64,000 nt of DNA. It comes from Orbicella franksi (taxonomy: Eukaryota). The stretch covers positions 8,866,001-8,930,000 of the forward strand of contig OZ116702.1 in assembly GCA_964199315.1 (NCBI GenBank), in the 5' to 3' direction. Below, in pieces: positions 62,891-64,000 of this stretch. The stretch's first letter is position 1. Each line of letters starts with the position of its first letter. The notes below the pieces were generated by a model. It saw only the letters and a list, made by a program, of their open reading frames with translations, ran no database searches and was not told the DNA's origin. A program made the position numbers and the translations under genes.

Positions 62891-63187
62891 CTGTCAAACA
62901 AACATAACAACATAGTGACGGTCTCCGTCGTAAAACACTTAATATTAGGACGTTTTTCACCATAATGTTGTTATGCCAACGGAAAAGAATTAAATGATAA
63001 ATACCGACATGCTTCAGTTGTCTTTGTTACAATTTTGGTAAGCTTATTCGTTGTAAGACCGTTCTGCTTTCCACTGTGCCATACGACTTATGAAAGGAAT
63101 GCCATTAACTACTTTAGATAGTAAAATAAAGAATAACCAATTGCTGGGTAAGATATAACCATACTCGTATCCAAAAAAACATTATAC

Positions 63188-63765
63188 CTTGGTCAGCTGC
63201 ATCTTCCAGCTTCCTAATGACGTCCCCATCGACTGTGTCATCAATGAAACGGTGTCCTAGACCAGGAAAAAGTTCTCGGGGATGATGAGGCGAGCAAATA
63301 TAAATTTTCTCTCCCCGATATGAAAATGTTGTGAAGGCGCCATTGGAGAGGGGCAACAACTTCAAGCCGCAGAGTTCGTCAAATTTGCGGTCTTTAAGAC
63401 AAAACTGAAGAAGTAGTAGTTTCTCTCGTCTATTAAGGTTCTGGTAACAAGAAGGGACTTGCTTCAGTGCTGCTCTTGTGCCACTGGGTGTGATATTCTT
63501 TACAGAAGCCCCTGCATAGCACAAAATGGCGTCTGCGACATGACTCGGCACTGAGACGACAGGCACATCAGCTGCTAGTAACACTCGCTGAAGCAGCTCT
63601 TTAGGTTCATCTCTAGACAGCAGGTCAAAGACGACTTTCTGTACTGTCAGCCACTGACCAAGATGTGCTGGGGTATAAACAACTTTTTTCTGCAGTAGCA
63701 GGGTAAACAATGGTTCTTTTATCTTCTCCCACTTTGGGTCAATGGAGCTGATATCTGGCCATGCC
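63188..63765 (-). CDS. SACS: Sacsin-like copy B, exon equivalent to copy A exon 5; upstream exons lie beyond the window
   Basis: CTTGCAG|g-AWPDISSIDPKWEKIKEP...DAADQ-g|GTATAA. 578 nt, phase 2 to phase 1. Confidence 0.9.
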
Positions 63766-64000
63766 CTGCAAGAAACAAATAAGCGTAACACTTCATCAGA
63801 TTCCTGGTTTCGATACCAGTATAGCAAGCAATGCTCTTTCCAATATATACTACAGCCTTGTAGACATTTTTGAAAATACATCATTTCTAAGCGCAATTTC
63901 CGCCGCTCTCTCAGCTCTCGTGGGTTCAGAGAACAGCGCCTGCAAATCAAGCCTAATTAAATTGTGAAAAAGAGAACTTCGATGCACTACATACTCCGTG

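Noticed and set aside
21098-63967. Dozens of 60-170 aa ORFs overlapping or antisense to the sacsin exons
   Set aside because: These are shadow frames of long coding exons, with no motifs or independent support.

Overview
AT-rich, intron-containing eukaryotic DNA. The repeat content looks cnidarian, probably a stony coral; this is an inference and no search was run. Two tandem minus-strand sacsin-like genes dominate the window, about 30.5 kb apart. Copy A runs from at least 36415 to 20472 over 7 resolved coding exons (about 4,440 aa or more: three Hsp90-like sacsin repeats, J domain, HEPN). Copy B runs from beyond 64000 to 50957, with its last 3 exons visible. The paralogs look mosaic: very similar 5' of the core of sacsin repeat 2 (SRR2), much more diverged 3' of it. 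Copy B has HPE in place of the J-domain HPD. Between them lies a three-unit tandem array of about 3.2 kb units (38644-48417). The units carry promoter-like motifs, a decayed spliced gene, a unit-specific inversion and a hairpin insertion with a 13-bp target site duplication (TSD). The first 20 kb is mostly transposon remains: LINE fragments, an intact two-exon P2X7-ballast/KolX-like gene next to a Kolobok-type end, a 3.07-kb terminal-inverted-repeat (TIR) element with decamer subterminal repeats and nested elements, a RecQ helicase pseudogene, and several miniature inverted-repeat elements (MITEs) and SINEs. All alignments were done by eye, so identity statements are qualitative.
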